DNA of 64,000 nt, from contig CBDDPY010000002.1 of the NCBI GenBank assembly GCA_965232515.1, positions 736,001 to 800,000 of the forward strand. The letters run 5' to 3'. The notes below the pieces were generated by a model. It had not been told where the DNA came from and ran no database searches. It worked only from the letters and a program-made list of their open reading frames with translations. Positions 9,162-17,788 of the stretch are shown in pieces. The position numbers and the translations under genes were made by a program. How positions within the stretch are numbered: the first letter of the stretch is position 1; each line of letters begins with the position of its first letter. Origin of the DNA: Alphaproteobacteria bacterium (GTDB lineage: Bacteria; Pseudomonadota; Alphaproteobacteria; GCA-2731375).

Positions 9162-10058
9162 ATGAACGAACTAGTCCGCCGATCCAGCGCGCCGTGGTCG
9201 TTCAGACTGGCGAAGCTGCTCATCCGTTCCGGCATGCCGGGCGGCTACAGGCTGCTGGACATCGCCCGACGGCGCAGATGGCTGGATTGCCTGGTGCGAT
9301 TTCGGATCGGGGCCGGTGTCGGTATCGACGTGCCGTTGTACCGGCCCGAGAACCTCTGGGACCGGCGGGATGTGCTGGAATACGACCCGCCGCTGATCGA
9401 CGATCTGGTGCGCACGGCAGCTCACTTTCCGGAACCGCGCATTTTGATCGACTGTGGCGCCGACATCGGCACGGTGTCCATCCTGGTCGCCGCCCGCGAC
9501 CCGGGACTGGCGCGCCTCATCGCCTTCGAACCGAATGCCGACGCCTTCCCGGTTCTGAAAACGAATATAGAAAGCCTGCCGATAACGGGAGAGGCGCGTC
9601 AGGCCGGCGTCGGCGCAGTAGCCGGTCGCGGCACATTGCGCAGCCCGGCGCATGACCGCACCGCCCACGCCATGTACATGGAAACCATGCCGGATGGCGA
9701 CATCGAGATCGAGCGCATCGACGATCTGGCGATCGAACCGAACAGCAGTTTGATCCTGAAGGTGGATGTGGAGGGCGGGGAACTCGATGTGCTGAAGGGT
9801 GCGGCCGAGACCTTGCGCGCGGCGAGAGCCTTTGCGGTATCGTTCGAGGCTCAGATCGATCAGGCCGAACGCACGGGCATCGAACCGATGGAGATCCTGC
9901 GCTTCCTCTGCGCGATCCGGCCGTGCCGGTATCGCGTCAGCGACGTGCCCGGCTTGGAACTCGATCCGGACCGGCCGTTTTTCGTCCAGATCGAACAACC
10001 GCAGGCGTTCGGCTACAACATTCTTTGCTATACGGATTCGGCTGCAAGCGGCGGATGA
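9162..10058 (+). CDS. FkbM family SAM-dependent methyltransferase
   Basis: IDCGADIG, AFEPN and LKVDVEGGELDVLKG. Confidence 0.88.
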   Translation: MNELVRRSSAPWSFRLAKLLIRSGMPGGYRLLDIARRRRWLDCLVRFRIGAGVGIDVPLYRPENLWDRRDVLEYDPPLIDDLVRTAAHFPEPRILIDCGADIGTVSILVAARDPGLARLIAFEPNADAFPVLKTNIESLPITGEARQAGVGAVAGRGTLRSPAHDRTAHAMYMETMPDGDIEIERIDDLAIEPNSSLILKVDVEGGELDVLKGAAETLRAARAFAVSFEAQIDQAERTGIEPMEILRFLCAIRPCRYRVSDVPGLELDPDRPFFVQIEQPQAFGYNILCYTDSAASGG

Positions 10059-10072
10059 GCGCCGCGCGGATA

Positions 10073-10315
10073 TCAGTTCAATAGGTCAATGACGCGGGTG
10101 AAGCGCCAGCGTTGATTCACCACGTAAATCGCCACCAAGCTGACCATCAGCAGCGTCAGTGACAGGGCGAACAGGACGTCCTCGGAAAACAACAACAGCG
10201 TGTCCAGCAGGTACAGGACAGTCGAACCGCCGAAAAAAACCACGATCCAAGGCACAAACCACACCAGAAAAATCAATAGCGGCCGGATCAGATGATACTT
10301 GATCGATAAACGCAT
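10073..10315 (-). CDS. Small hypothetical membrane protein (2 TM)
   Basis: 80 aa with two hydrophobic segments; GAGG RBS; lower GC than the flanks. Confidence 0.6.
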   Translation of the reverse strand: MRLSIKYHLIRPLLIFLVWFVPWIVVFFGGSTVLYLLDTLLLFSEDVLFALSLTLLMVSLVAIYVVNQRWRFTRVIDLLN

Positions 10316-10563
10316 ACCGTGCCCTCGTTTTCCCTCTGATACGCCAACTTAATGGTCAATGTGCAGTCTGTAGACGCTGTCGTCCGCCACGCCGTGGGAA
10401 TTGCCGAGGATAGATACAATAGTTTGAAGAGCAGTCATATCACGGATGGTGGCTGAAGTAGGCAACTACAGATATTTCACTTTTGTTGATAGTTTTGCCG
10501 CAGAATTTTTATTTCTGCTTGTTGGTATCTTCTACAATATGTCGCGTGAATGTGTGACATGTC

Positions 10564-10579
10564 TGTGAGATCCGTCACA
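10564..10579. promoter_or_regulatory. CRP/FNR-family box TGTGA-N6-TCACA
   Basis: Exact TGTGA-gatccg-TCACA within an AT-rich intergenic tract. Confidence 0.55.
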
Positions 10580-10751
10580 CTATTTGATGCCCATAGGCGT
10601 TCGCGTCTGGAACCCTAGTCTGCTGAATCAGCCGACATTCCGTCTTGTTGCGGACGCAACACCATCGAACCTCCTTTGAAAAGCGAGGTTTGGACAGGTG
10701 CCGCGCACAGAGCCAAACCCGACTCGGTTGAGCGGGCAACCCGAACCGAAA

Positions 10752-11033
10752 TCACCCCGTCAGCGCGAAGCAGACGAGCAGCATCGAACAAATCGTCAGT
10801 CCCAACCCCATGAAGATCGGACCAAGCCAAATTCTCTGTTCGCTCCGGGGGACCGGCCGTCGCGAAATGCCGGTGGTCGATGTTATGACCACGCCCCTCG
10901 ATCGCCGTCGATCGTGGTTGCATCGACGAGAACGACGTTGCCGTTTGGCAGCCCGACGATCCGTGGAGCCGGCCGTGGTGCCGATTGTGTGGGCGACAAA
11001 CGCCTCGACGAGGATCCGAGGGGTATCGGTCAT
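10752..11033 (-). pseudogene. Small ORF or frameshifted relic of a secreted RTX-type protein N-terminus
   Basis: AAAGGA RBS; MTDTPRILVEAFVAHTIGTTAG continues in the +1 frame as PRIVGLPNGNVVLV; the zero frame ends in a hydrophobic tail. Confidence 0.4.
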
Positions 11034-11231
11034 TTGTTTAGTCCTTTGAACGTGTTGCTTTGATCGGAATGCGCCCCAATCCGATTGCCGGCAGGCGCAG
11101 TGGGAGGTTATTGGCTGAACGCGCGGTGGCACGCCGGCGGGCCCACCCGGCGCCGTGTTCTTGCGCGAACGCCGGGTGGGCTTACCGCAGCTGGGAGTGC
11201 GCTACGTGTTCGAGCCGATTTCCCAGCCGAC

Positions 11232-11261
11232 CGTTGTCACCAGCGTTGTGCTGTCCGTGGC
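11232..11261 (-). promoter_or_regulatory. 12-bp-period ACAACG direct-repeat array
   Basis: Minus strand GCCACG-gacagc-ACAACG-ctggtg-ACAACG. Confidence 0.55.
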
Positions 11262-11398
11262 AATGACGCCGGAATGCCGTTGTTTTTGCGTTCGTGGTGG
11301 CTTTCGTAGCGAGCGAGCGACCCGGTTCGCTCACCGGCTTCGTACGTCCTTTGCACGGTGAGGCACACCTATGCCCGCGGCAAAAGTTCCCGAAGCGT

Positions 11399-13021
11399 TC
11401 AGATGCCGTGTTCGGCCAAAAAACTGCACACGGTATCCATGCAGGTTCGCCATGCGGGCTCATAGCCCACGAGAACGTGGTTGCGGCTCTCGAGCGGCAC
11501 GAAATGCGCGTCTGGGATGCCCGAGGCCACGGCGCGTCCGAGTTCAAGTGGAATGCGCTGATCTTCCTTTGAATGCAGGACGATCGTCGGCGCCCTGACC
11601 TGACCGAGCCTGTCGCGGACGTCGATGTCACCGAAGGCGTCCTGGAAGCGGGCGGCGTTTTGCGGCGAGGTGGTCAGGCGCTGGAATTCGTCGAACCAGG
11701 CGAGCTCCTCGGCCCCGGCATCTGGCATGAAGGTCTGTGAAAAGATATGCCGGTAGGCGGGGTTGTCCGTTCCCCAGCCAACCTCCGTCAGGGTTCGAAC
11801 CGCCTCGCGCCGGGCCTGCTCCTCGGGGCTCGCGAGGTGGCGCCAACCGGCGGCATAGCTGCCGATAAGGATCAGCCCCGAGACGCGCTCGGGATGCCGC
11901 ACGGCGTATTCGATGGACACGGCCGCACCCTGGGATATGCCGAGCAGGGGGAACCGTTCGAGCGCCAGCTTGTCGGCCACCACTTCGAGATCTTCGACGA
12001 AGGCGTCGAAGCTGAGGTCCTTCACCTCCCAGTCCGACAACCCGCAGCCGCGCTCGTCGTAACGGATGAAGGTCCGCGAGCGCGCGATCTCGGAAAAACA
12101 TTCGCCCCAGATCGGACTCGTCCAGTCGAACTCGAGATGCGTGAGCCAATTGGCGGCCTTCAGGAGCGGGGGCCCCGATCCGAGCGATGCGTAGGCAATG
12201 TTGGTGCCGTCCCGTACCTGGCAGAAGCCGATGCGTTGCGCGCGAAGCGCCCGTCCGCTCGCTTGCGATAGCGACAGATTCGCGTCGTTCGCGGCGATTG
12301 GCGCATGCGACGGCGCCGCGCCCGGAGCGACCATGGCCGTCGGCGGCCGCCCGGATATCGCGCTGATGCCGGGACCGGCCGTGGACCGCTCGAATTCCGC
12401 GGCGCCCTCCGGATCGGCGTCGCGCCATAGGCGCAGCCATTTCGACGCGGCGACCGCTGAGAGGTCGGGATGCATGGCCAGCAGGCGCAGGGCTGTGACC
12501 TGCGCCACGCGGGCGTCCTCGCGCTCGGCCGCAAGCCAGGACCCGAACGCCTCGTCACCAGCGCCGTCAAGTCCGTCGAGCAGCACCGTGTCCAATCGCC
12601 GCGCCATGTCCTCGAGGTCTCCGACCGACAGCTCTTCGGGACCCTGCCGCAGCCGCGTATGGGCCTCGCGAATGTCGATGTGAGCCCCCTCGGCATCCAG
12701 GGCGACGCGCTCGCGGTCGGCGATGATCCGGACCCGGTCGGGGCTGTCGACAACCTTGCGCAGCTTGCTGAGCGACCAGCGCAGGGCTGCCTTGGGGTCG
12801 TCGGGCAGATCCCAGAATAGCTCGCAGAGACGCTCCCGCCGGTGGGGGCGACCCGTTGCGACGAGAAAGGCCAGAAGTGCACGGGCCTTGCGCGATGCCG
12901 GAAGCGCAACCTCGGCGCCATGCCGGACCACGCGCAACTCGCCCAAAAGCGAGATCTCGAACTCGGCGGTTAGCGCCGGCTCTGGCGGTGAAGCCTCTGA
13001 TTTTGTTCGCATCGGTACCAT
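11399..13021 (-). CDS. Transcriptional regulator: SARP-like wHTH/activator domain fused to an alpha/beta-hydrolase domain
   Basis: ISLLGEL...LPASRKARALLAFL...RERLCELFWDLPDDPKAALRWSLSKLR; C-terminal YDERGCGLSD, GISQG, EDQR and SRNH. Confidence 0.88.
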   Translation of the reverse strand: MVPMRTKSEASPPEPALTAEFEISLLGELRVVRHGAEVALPASRKARALLAFLVATGRPHRRERLCELFWDLPDDPKAALRWSLSKLRKVVDSPDRVRIIADRERVALDAEGAHIDIREAHTRLRQGPEELSVGDLEDMARRLDTVLLDGLDGAGDEAFGSWLAAEREDARVAQVTALRLLAMHPDLSAVAASKWLRLWRDADPEGAAEFERSTAGPGISAISGRPPTAMVAPGAAPSHAPIAANDANLSLSQASGRALRAQRIGFCQVRDGTNIAYASLGSGPPLLKAANWLTHLEFDWTSPIWGECFSEIARSRTFIRYDERGCGLSDWEVKDLSFDAFVEDLEVVADKLALERFPLLGISQGAAVSIEYAVRHPERVSGLILIGSYAAGWRHLASPEEQARREAVRTLTEVGWGTDNPAYRHIFSQTFMPDAGAEELAWFDEFQRLTTSPQNAARFQDAFGDIDVRDRLGQVRAPTIVLHSKEDQRIPLELGRAVASGIPDAHFVPLESRNHVLVGYEPAWRTCMDTVCSFLAEHGI

Positions 13022-13170
13022 CCGTCCTTGAACCAGATAGCCAAAGTGGGATGGGCCTCCTCCAAAAGGCTGTGCCGTAACTGGCGCCCGCTTTTCGGGT
13101 GACGCCTTCGGCAGATTTCTGCCTTTGCGCGAGGGCTAGCACGATACGACGACGAGTCAATGTGAGAAAT

Positions 13171-13215
13171 ACCACACCCCTGACAACGCTCGTCACAACG
13201 CTCGCGACAACGCTC
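13171..13215 (+). promoter_or_regulatory. 12-bp-period ACAACGCTC direct-repeat array upstream of the P450
   Basis: ACAACGCTC at 13183, 13195 and 13207, plus degenerate ACCACACCC at 13171. Confidence 0.7.
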
Positions 13216-13325
13216 AGGGTTCAATTCGCTCCGAAATGCCGCGACACGCCGGCGGCAGCCTACCCGACGCCCCCGGGAGCTGCGGCCACGTTTTTTGCGG
13301 CCGTAGCCACAGACCGGAGCAAACG

Positions 13326-14543
13326 ATGGACAAAGACACAAAGAACATCGCGACGAGTCCGCACTTTGTCGACCCCTGCGCGTTAAGCGCCGCGCCGCAC
13401 GCCTGGTTCGCTGAACTTCGGCCCGAGACGCCCTTCGTGCGGCTCGGCCCAAACCAGTACCTCGTGCTTCGCGGCGAGCCCGTTCAGTCGCTTCTGACCG
13501 ATCCGAGGACGCGCCAGATCGAGGGGCCGGAATTCGTGGCGTTGCATCAGATCCCCGATGGGATCACGGCGCGGTTCCTATCGGATATCTTCCTGTTCGC
13601 CAACGGCGACGCGCATCGTGGGAAGCGTGGCCTCTTCGCTCGCAGCTTTGCCCACCGGATCATGCGAGACGTGCGTGGTCAGGTCCGTGGCATCGCCGAC
13701 GGGATCGTCGCCAGCTTACCGCGCGGCGAGAGCTTCGACTTCGTGGATCGTATGGCTGCTCGCGTGCCCGCCGACATGATCGGCGCGATCCTTGGGCTTC
13801 CGGAGTCGGACTCGCGGTACTTCGCGCGGCTTGTCTACGACGTCGCCCGCGCGTTTACGCTGGTCTATCCGCACGATCATCACGACGCGATTGAGAGCGC
13901 GACCCAAGAGCTCTTCGACTATGTCCAGGGGCAGATGCGCATGCGCATCCTCGCCCCCAGGGACGATCTGCTCTCAGCCCTTGTCGCCGACTGGCGGACC
14001 GAGAAGGACATGTCGTTCGACAGCCTCGTCTTTCAGACCGTCGGATTGATCATCGCCGGCAGCGACACGACCCGGTCGGCCTTCGCCATGCTCGTCGCAC
14101 TGCTCCTGCAGCGTGATGTCGACTGGGCCGCGATCTGGTTCGATTCGACCCTGATTCCGGGCGCGGTCGACGAGGGGATGCGCTACGAACCCTCAGTCGC
14201 CTCCATTCCGCGCGTGACGACGGAATCGATCGAGATCGACGGTATCGGCCTGCCGGCTGGCTCGGTCCTGCATCTCAGCACCATGTCGGCGATGCGCGAT
14301 CCGGCGCTCTACGTCGATCCGGACCGTTTCGATATCCGCCGCGCCGATCATCCGCGCCTCCACATGGTCTTTGGCTTCGGCCCGCATCGCTGCCTCGGCG
14401 AGTTGCTGGCGCGGATCGAAATGGAGGAGAGCCTCGCCGCCGTCCTTGACGCGGTGCGCGGCATCGAACTGGAGACGCCGCCCCGCATGCTCGGCTTCGG
14501 CGGCGTCCGCCAGATCACGCCGATGCAGGTCCGCATCCCATAA
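13326..14543 (+). CDS. Cytochrome P450, CYP103 (VirH1/PinF1)-like
   Basis: AGSDTT I-helix, EGMR (ExxR) and FGFGPHRCLG heme motif; DPRTRQIE and GFGGVR resemble CYP103; GGAG RBS before ATG 13326. Confidence 0.9.
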   Translation: MDKDTKNIATSPHFVDPCALSAAPHAWFAELRPETPFVRLGPNQYLVLRGEPVQSLLTDPRTRQIEGPEFVALHQIPDGITARFLSDIFLFANGDAHRGKRGLFARSFAHRIMRDVRGQVRGIADGIVASLPRGESFDFVDRMAARVPADMIGAILGLPESDSRYFARLVYDVARAFTLVYPHDHHDAIESATQELFDYVQGQMRMRILAPRDDLLSALVADWRTEKDMSFDSLVFQTVGLIIAGSDTTRSAFAMLVALLLQRDVDWAAIWFDSTLIPGAVDEGMRYEPSVASIPRVTTESIEIDGIGLPAGSVLHLSTMSAMRDPALYVDPDRFDIRRADHPRLHMVFGFGPHRCLGELLARIEMEESLAAVLDAVRGIELETPPRMLGFGGVRQITPMQVRIP

Positions 14544-14627
14544 CCGCAACCTTCAGGAAGAAGAAATTCGGAACTAGCGCCGGTCCCCGCGCGGCCGGTG
14601 CGGCGCAGTTAAGAAAAGGACGAGCCG

Positions 14628-15560
14628 ATGGCTTTTGACGTATCCGTCGTTGTGGTGTCGGACTATGCCGGTGGAGAGGCCAAATCCTGGGACGATCTTC
14701 GGAAGACCCTGAGCAGCCTGTCGCGGCAGGATTTTCAGGGAAAGGCAGAGTTCATCCTCGTTGAGGCCACCGCGTTTCACGACGCGACTCCGGCCGACCT
14801 GATGGAAATCATTCCAGACCTGCGCATTGTCTGGTCCCCTGCGACGTCGTCCTACGACATGAAGAATGCCGGCGGCCAAGCGGCGACGAGTGACATCGTC
14901 GCGATGTTGGATGCGGACTGCATTCCCTGCGAATCCTGGCTGCGTCATCTGGTCGAGACGATGCGCGCCAATCCCGATGCCGTGGCGGTCAGCGGCAAGA
15001 CCACCTATCCCGGACGAACGCTAGTCGAGCGCATCCTGGCCCTGATCGGCCGGTCGTTCCTCTATCGCCGCCAGACCGGCGACACCGATTCGATTTCGAA
15101 CAACAACGCCGGCTACCGCCGCGACATTTTGCGGCGGTATCCGTTGTCGAACGCCATCGGACCGTTCGGCGCCGGGCTGCAGAACACGGCCGTCGTCTGC
15201 GACGGCCATCGGGTGATGTTCGAGCCGCGCATGCTTGCCGTGCATGACTTCGAGGGTTGGGCCATGGAGTGCGACGTCCGCCGGAACGTCGGCTATGCGA
15301 CCGTGGCCGTGCGTCAGCATGAGCCGCGCATCAAGCAAGCCTGGTTCGTCAAACTGGGCGTTCTCAGCCTGCCGCTGTTCTACGCCGGGCGGGTGCTGAT
15401 GTCGTCGCGCCAGTGTATTCGCTATCACCGCGACTATGGCGTACCGGTCTACGCCCTGCCGATGGCGCTGGGCCTTGCCTTCATCGTCCACGCCATGGAG
15501 CTGCCCGGCATGCTGCGGGCGCTCCGTAACCGGCCGATCACCGAAACGGCTTACCGCTAG
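14628..15560 (+). CDS. Glycosyltransferase family 2
   Basis: VSVVV start, LDADC DxD motif and C-terminal hydrophobic helices. Confidence 0.82.
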   Translation: MAFDVSVVVVSDYAGGEAKSWDDLRKTLSSLSRQDFQGKAEFILVEATAFHDATPADLMEIIPDLRIVWSPATSSYDMKNAGGQAATSDIVAMLDADCIPCESWLRHLVETMRANPDAVAVSGKTTYPGRTLVERILALIGRSFLYRRQTGDTDSISNNNAGYRRDILRRYPLSNAIGPFGAGLQNTAVVCDGHRVMFEPRMLAVHDFEGWAMECDVRRNVGYATVAVRQHEPRIKQAWFVKLGVLSLPLFYAGRVLMSSRQCIRYHRDYGVPVYALPMALGLAFIVHAMELPGMLRALRNRPITETAYR

Positions 15561-15683
15561 AAAATTTTCATTTTCGCGGCACCGGCCCGCGCGAGCGGAA
15601 GACGCGCTGGTCCGACGGCATCTGTGCCGTCACGCCAATCAACAGCCGGGCAAAGCAGCCCGGCAACATCGAAAGGGAACAAG

Positions 15684-16121
15684 ATGTTGCGAATTCTCAC
15701 CCGCACGGCCGTTACTTCGAGCGTCGGCCTCGGCATTGCGCTGTGGGCGGTTTCGGCTGAAGCCGTGCCGACCGCGGCCGCCTCCCGGGCCGACGTGAAT
15801 GCCGCGATCGGTGACGCGACCACCACGGCGGAAATGTTCGACCACGACTTGCCTGACGCGCGCTTGATCATCCTCGACTTGGGCGCGACGACCAAGGTCG
15901 GCGACGACGATCGCGGATCCCTCTTCGCCGACAAGGCAATGGCCTCCCAGAGTGACGTCGATGGCGTCGACGAGGATGATACGGCGGCGCCTACGACACT
16001 GACCGACGTCTTTCCTCTGCCTGTGATCGGCATTCTGCTTGCCGGACTCGGTCTCCTGGCCGCCCGACGTCGCTCGCGGGCGCGGCGGCGTGTGCGCGCC
16101 AGTACACCGCCGCCGTCCTAG
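15684..16121 (+). CDS. Small secreted protein with VPLPA/PEP-CTERM-like sorting tail
   Basis: Signal peptide ending SAEA; C-terminal VFPLPVIGILLAGLGLLAARRRSRARRR (motif, TM, Arg cluster). Confidence 0.6.
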   Translation: MLRILTRTAVTSSVGLGIALWAVSAEAVPTAAASRADVNAAIGDATTTAEMFDHDLPDARLIILDLGATTKVGDDDRGSLFADKAMASQSDVDGVDEDDTAAPTTLTDVFPLPVIGILLAGLGLLAARRRSRARRRVRASTPPPS

Positions 16122-16315
16122 GCCGTTCGTGTCGGCCAATCCCAACGGGCGCCTCGGGTCGATCTCACACTTTAAGGTTATCTGGAAAGTGTCTGATTGG
16201 GAGGCCGTTTCTGGTACATCGGGGGCATCGCTCCACGAGCAAGTCATCTCCGGTGTTCGCCCTAAGGCCGACGCCGAGTCACCATGCGAAAAAATTTTAT
16301 CTGTGAATTTTCAGG

Positions 16316-16999
16316 CTAGTAGCCGCGCTCGGCCAGTTCGATTTCGATGAATTCGCGTGCCGTTGGCCAGTCGCCGCCATGGAAGTGACAGTCCTCGGGC
16401 GGATCGACGAGCCGGGCGAGCCTGGGGTCGGCGACGAAATGCATGCGGACGACGTCGGCGGACGCCTGGGCGACGGACGTGATGTTGTGCGGGATATCGT
16501 CCAGAAAGAAGGCTGGCGCCGTGACGTCGGCGACGATCTGCGCCACGGCCGGGCCTTTGACGCCGCTGTTGGCGACAACGGGAAAGTCCATGCCGTGTCG
16601 CCGCAGCGATCGCCGGCGGGCGTCGCGCTGGTCGAGCGGCACGTTCGACAGGATGACGATCTGGGCCCGGGCGGACAGTGCGCCTAGCGCCTCGGCCGCG
16701 CCCGGCACCGGCGACAGATGTTCGGTGCGTTGTGCGAAGAAGCTGCCCAGCAAGGCCTTCACGTCGACCGCGTCGACCGGCTCGGCCGTATCGCGATAGC
16801 GGATGTTGCCCGTAAGCGCGAAGGACGACAGGTCGAGAAACATCGGCCGAGTCTGCTCTTCCAGAAAGACCTCGAGCCCGGCGACGAATTGCAGTACCAC
16901 CTCGTCCGCGTCCGAGATGACGATCGGCCGGTCCGGCGCGATGTCCAGATCGGCGATCTGTCGGGCGACGTCGTCGTGCAGGTGGAGGTTTTTCATCAC
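16316..16999 (-). CDS. HAD-like conserved alphaproteobacterial protein
   Basis: ISDADEVV (DxD), ILSN and FLDD motifs. Confidence 0.75.
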   Translation of the reverse strand: MMKNLHLHDDVARQIADLDIAPDRPIVISDADEVVLQFVAGLEVFLEEQTRPMFLDLSSFALTGNIRYRDTAEPVDAVDVKALLGSFFAQRTEHLSPVPGAAEALGALSARAQIVILSNVPLDQRDARRRSLRRHGMDFPVVANSGVKGPAVAQIVADVTAPAFFLDDIPHNITSVAQASADVVRMHFVADPRLARLVDPPEDCHFHGGDWPTAREFIEIELAERGY

Positions 17000-17003
17000 G
17001 CGG

Positions 17004-17276
17004 TCATTCCATCGTCGCGCCGGTGAGGCATCGATAGGCCGCCGCCGGCAGTTCGGGCGCCAGATCGTTGGCCTCGCAGAACGCGATCAGGTCCGGCTCG
17101 TTGGCCAACAGGAAGTCAAGCACGCCGGCGAGGCTGTTCGGGTCCTCAGCCGCGGCCCGCAGTCCGGCGACATCGAGGCCGCTCAGCGCCATGAACCGCG
17201 GCAGGAGTTTCTCGTCGCCAACGGTATAGCTCAGCGCCCGTAGCGCGATGGTTAAAGCCTGTTCAGACGTCATCAC
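17004..17276 (-). CDS. DUF3572 family protein
   Basis: ALRAL, LPRFMALSG and LAGVLDFLL motifs; divergent from divK. Confidence 0.85.
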   Translation of the reverse strand: MMTSEQALTIALRALSYTVGDEKLLPRFMALSGLDVAGLRAAAEDPNSLAGVLDFLLANEPDLIAFCEANDLAPELPAAAYRCLTGATME

Positions 17277-17283
17277 CGAAGAG

Positions 17284-17299
17284 TTAACTGATGTTTAAC
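17284..17299 (+). promoter_or_regulatory. CtrA box upstream of divK
   Basis: Exact TTAA-ctgatgt-TTAAC. Confidence 0.8.
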
Positions 17300-17416
17300 A
17301 AATTGCCAAAAGACTGTGTCCGTCCGGCGCTTGGCCTGACCTTCATGAGATGGTAAGAAGTTATGGTTACTCCGGGAATTAACACCCCTGAAGCGAAATC
17401 CGATTATGTTGAGGGC

Positions 17417-17782
17417 ATGGCCAAGACCGTCCTGATCGTTGAAGACAACGATCTGAACATGAAACTTTTCCACGACCTTCTCGACGCGCACGGGTACCAG
17501 ACCCTGCAGACGAAGGACGGAATGGAAGCGCTTGCCATTGCCCGGGAAAATCGGCCGGACCTGATCCTGATGGACATCCAGTTGCCCGAAGTATCGGGGC
17601 TGGAGGTGACGAAATGGATCAAGGAAGACGATTCTCTGAAATCGATTCCCGTCGTCGCCGTTACGGCGTTCGCCATGAAGGGCGATGAGGAAAAGATCCG
17701 GGAAGGCGGCTGCGAGGCGTATATCGCCAAGCCCATCTCCGTCCAGCAGTTCCTCGAGACGGTCAAGCGCTTTCTGGACTAG
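17417..17782 (+). CDS. divK: Single-domain response regulator DivK
   Basis: [38 protein letters not shown] and [26 protein letters not shown]. Confidence 0.96.
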   Translation: MAKTVLIVEDNDLNMKLFHDLLDAHGYQTLQTKDGMEALAIARENRPDLILMDIQLPEVSGLEVTKWIKEDDSLKSIPVVAVTAFAMKGDEEKIREGGCEAYIAKPISVQQFLETVKRFLD

Positions 17783-17788
17783 GGTCCG

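Noticed and set aside
11357-11398. GAGG...ATG MPAAKVPEA start on the + strand
   Set aside because: Runs straight into the antisense of the regulator gene; could be a stump but has no further support
13216-13325. Biarylitide-type or other RiPP precursor upstream of the P450
   Set aside because: No short MxYxH-like or aromatic-rich ORF with an RBS found
16122-16315. AT-rich spacer with an ACACTTT/AAAGTGT inverted repeat
   Set aside because: Lies between convergent genes; no recognisable RNA family, ORF or att site
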